Below, piece after piece: positions 62,964 to 64,000 of a stretch of 64,000 nucleotides of DNA. Position 1 is the first letter of the stretch. Each line of letters opens with the position of its first letter. Source of the DNA: Chlorokybus atmophyticus (lineage: Eukaryota; Plantae; Mesostigma and Chlorokybus algae); assembly GCA_009103225.1 (NCBI GenBank), contig RHPI01000560.1, positions 788,524-852,523 of the forward strand. The letters are read 5' to 3'. The position numbers and the translations under genes are program-made. The notes beneath the pieces are model-generated. The model saw only the letters and a list, made by a program, of their open reading frames with translations, was not told the DNA's origin and made no database searches.

Positions 62964-63430
62964 ATGGGATTGAACATATGGGAAGACAAGCAGATAACTC
63001 AGTTTTTGCAAACAGGCATATATGCGGACGGAATCCGCTATAGAGATAACGATCGCATCAAGCACAACTCGCAAGTATGTGTAGTCAGAAGGGGCCTTAT
63101 GAGTAAAAGCCATTGCGATGGAGCCTCTATAAGTTTAAGCACCAGTCAAACGAGCGGCCATGATCTCGACTTTGCATAAGGAGCTGGGACATTTAGGGGT
63201 GAAATGCACACTCAGCTTGGTACAAGGCACTTATTGGTGGAGAGGCATGACCGCACAGTGCAGGAGGTAGTGGCCAACTTCACCACCTGTGATTGCATTA
63301 AAGTCAACTTTACAATACGCAGCATGGAGCTGCACCCCAATGCCCACTTAAGGACTGTTCTCTTAGTGGAGAAACTCCTTATTCTGATTGTAGTTGAGCA
63401 CTTATTCAGATGGATCGAGCTGACCACGTA
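62964..63430 (+). mobile_element. Gypsy integrase zinc-binding/core fragment
   Basis: IWEDKQITQFLQTG...ELGHLGVKCT...CDCIKVNF...LHP...IVVEHLFRWIEL; degenerate. Confidence 0.65.
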
Positions 63431-64000
63431 TGATGTGTCATGAGTGGCAATGTTAGCCTTATATAAACCGCATGCCATTACGGTATAAATAGCACTGTGA
63501 TATGAAGTTCATGCTAAACATGACATATTATATCATATACAATATATATTAAATACTTTATGGTATGCATTAAATGTAATTGATATTTTTTTTATCGTAT
63601 TTGCCCGGTCAGTGNNNNNNNNNNNNNNNNNNNCCGTCTTTAACACTAAAGATCTCCCCTGTTGCAATTTTATCACTAAGTTGCATTATAAGTGAGTTCA
63701 TGCTTTTCAAAAAGAAGAGTGGGTGGCTTTGCAAAACAGCAATGGGGCTTCAATCGGGTAAATAGAATACACCGTGATGTGCTTATGCACACATGCTTTA
63801 TGATGTTGACAGTATTAATTGTAAAAAGGCAACTTGAAGGCCTGGTTGAGCTCGAGATTCATTAATACTACAACATATAAAATACAACTGTTGCAATTGA
63901 TTCTGCATTTAAGCTGGTAGAATAGCCTATGCTTGTAAGGGAAAGAAGCGATGGAAGCTCTGCTTGCATGGCGCGTGTATGTATATGCTACTTGATTAAT

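Overview
Eukaryotic green-algal nuclear DNA (spliceosomal introns, GT-repeat-rich introns, a cpSRP43 gene; the exact lineage cannot be fixed from sequence). The first ~26 kb is a decayed mobile-element zone. It holds an AcademX-like DNA transposase pseudogene flanked by two intron-containing, chromatin-reader-fused DNA methyltransferase-like pseudogenes: upstream ParB-like + beta-class N6/N4-MTase-like + PHD, downstream PHD-like + Tudor + phage-type C5 MTase. It also holds two chromovirus Gypsy elements, a Gypsy fragment with its own C5 DNMT domain, and a Copia integrase scrap. From ~28 kb onward there are host genes (NSL1/Mis14-like, CCDC77-like, DHHC acyltransferase, BTB protein, land-plant-like AHL, mL40, cpSRP43). 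These are interspersed with LTR fragments, a TRIM-like unit whose LTR/PBS junction carries tRNA-type A and B boxes, and a secreted-protein pseudogene with four in-frame TAG codons. All protein assignments are by-eye motif recognition; no database searches were run.
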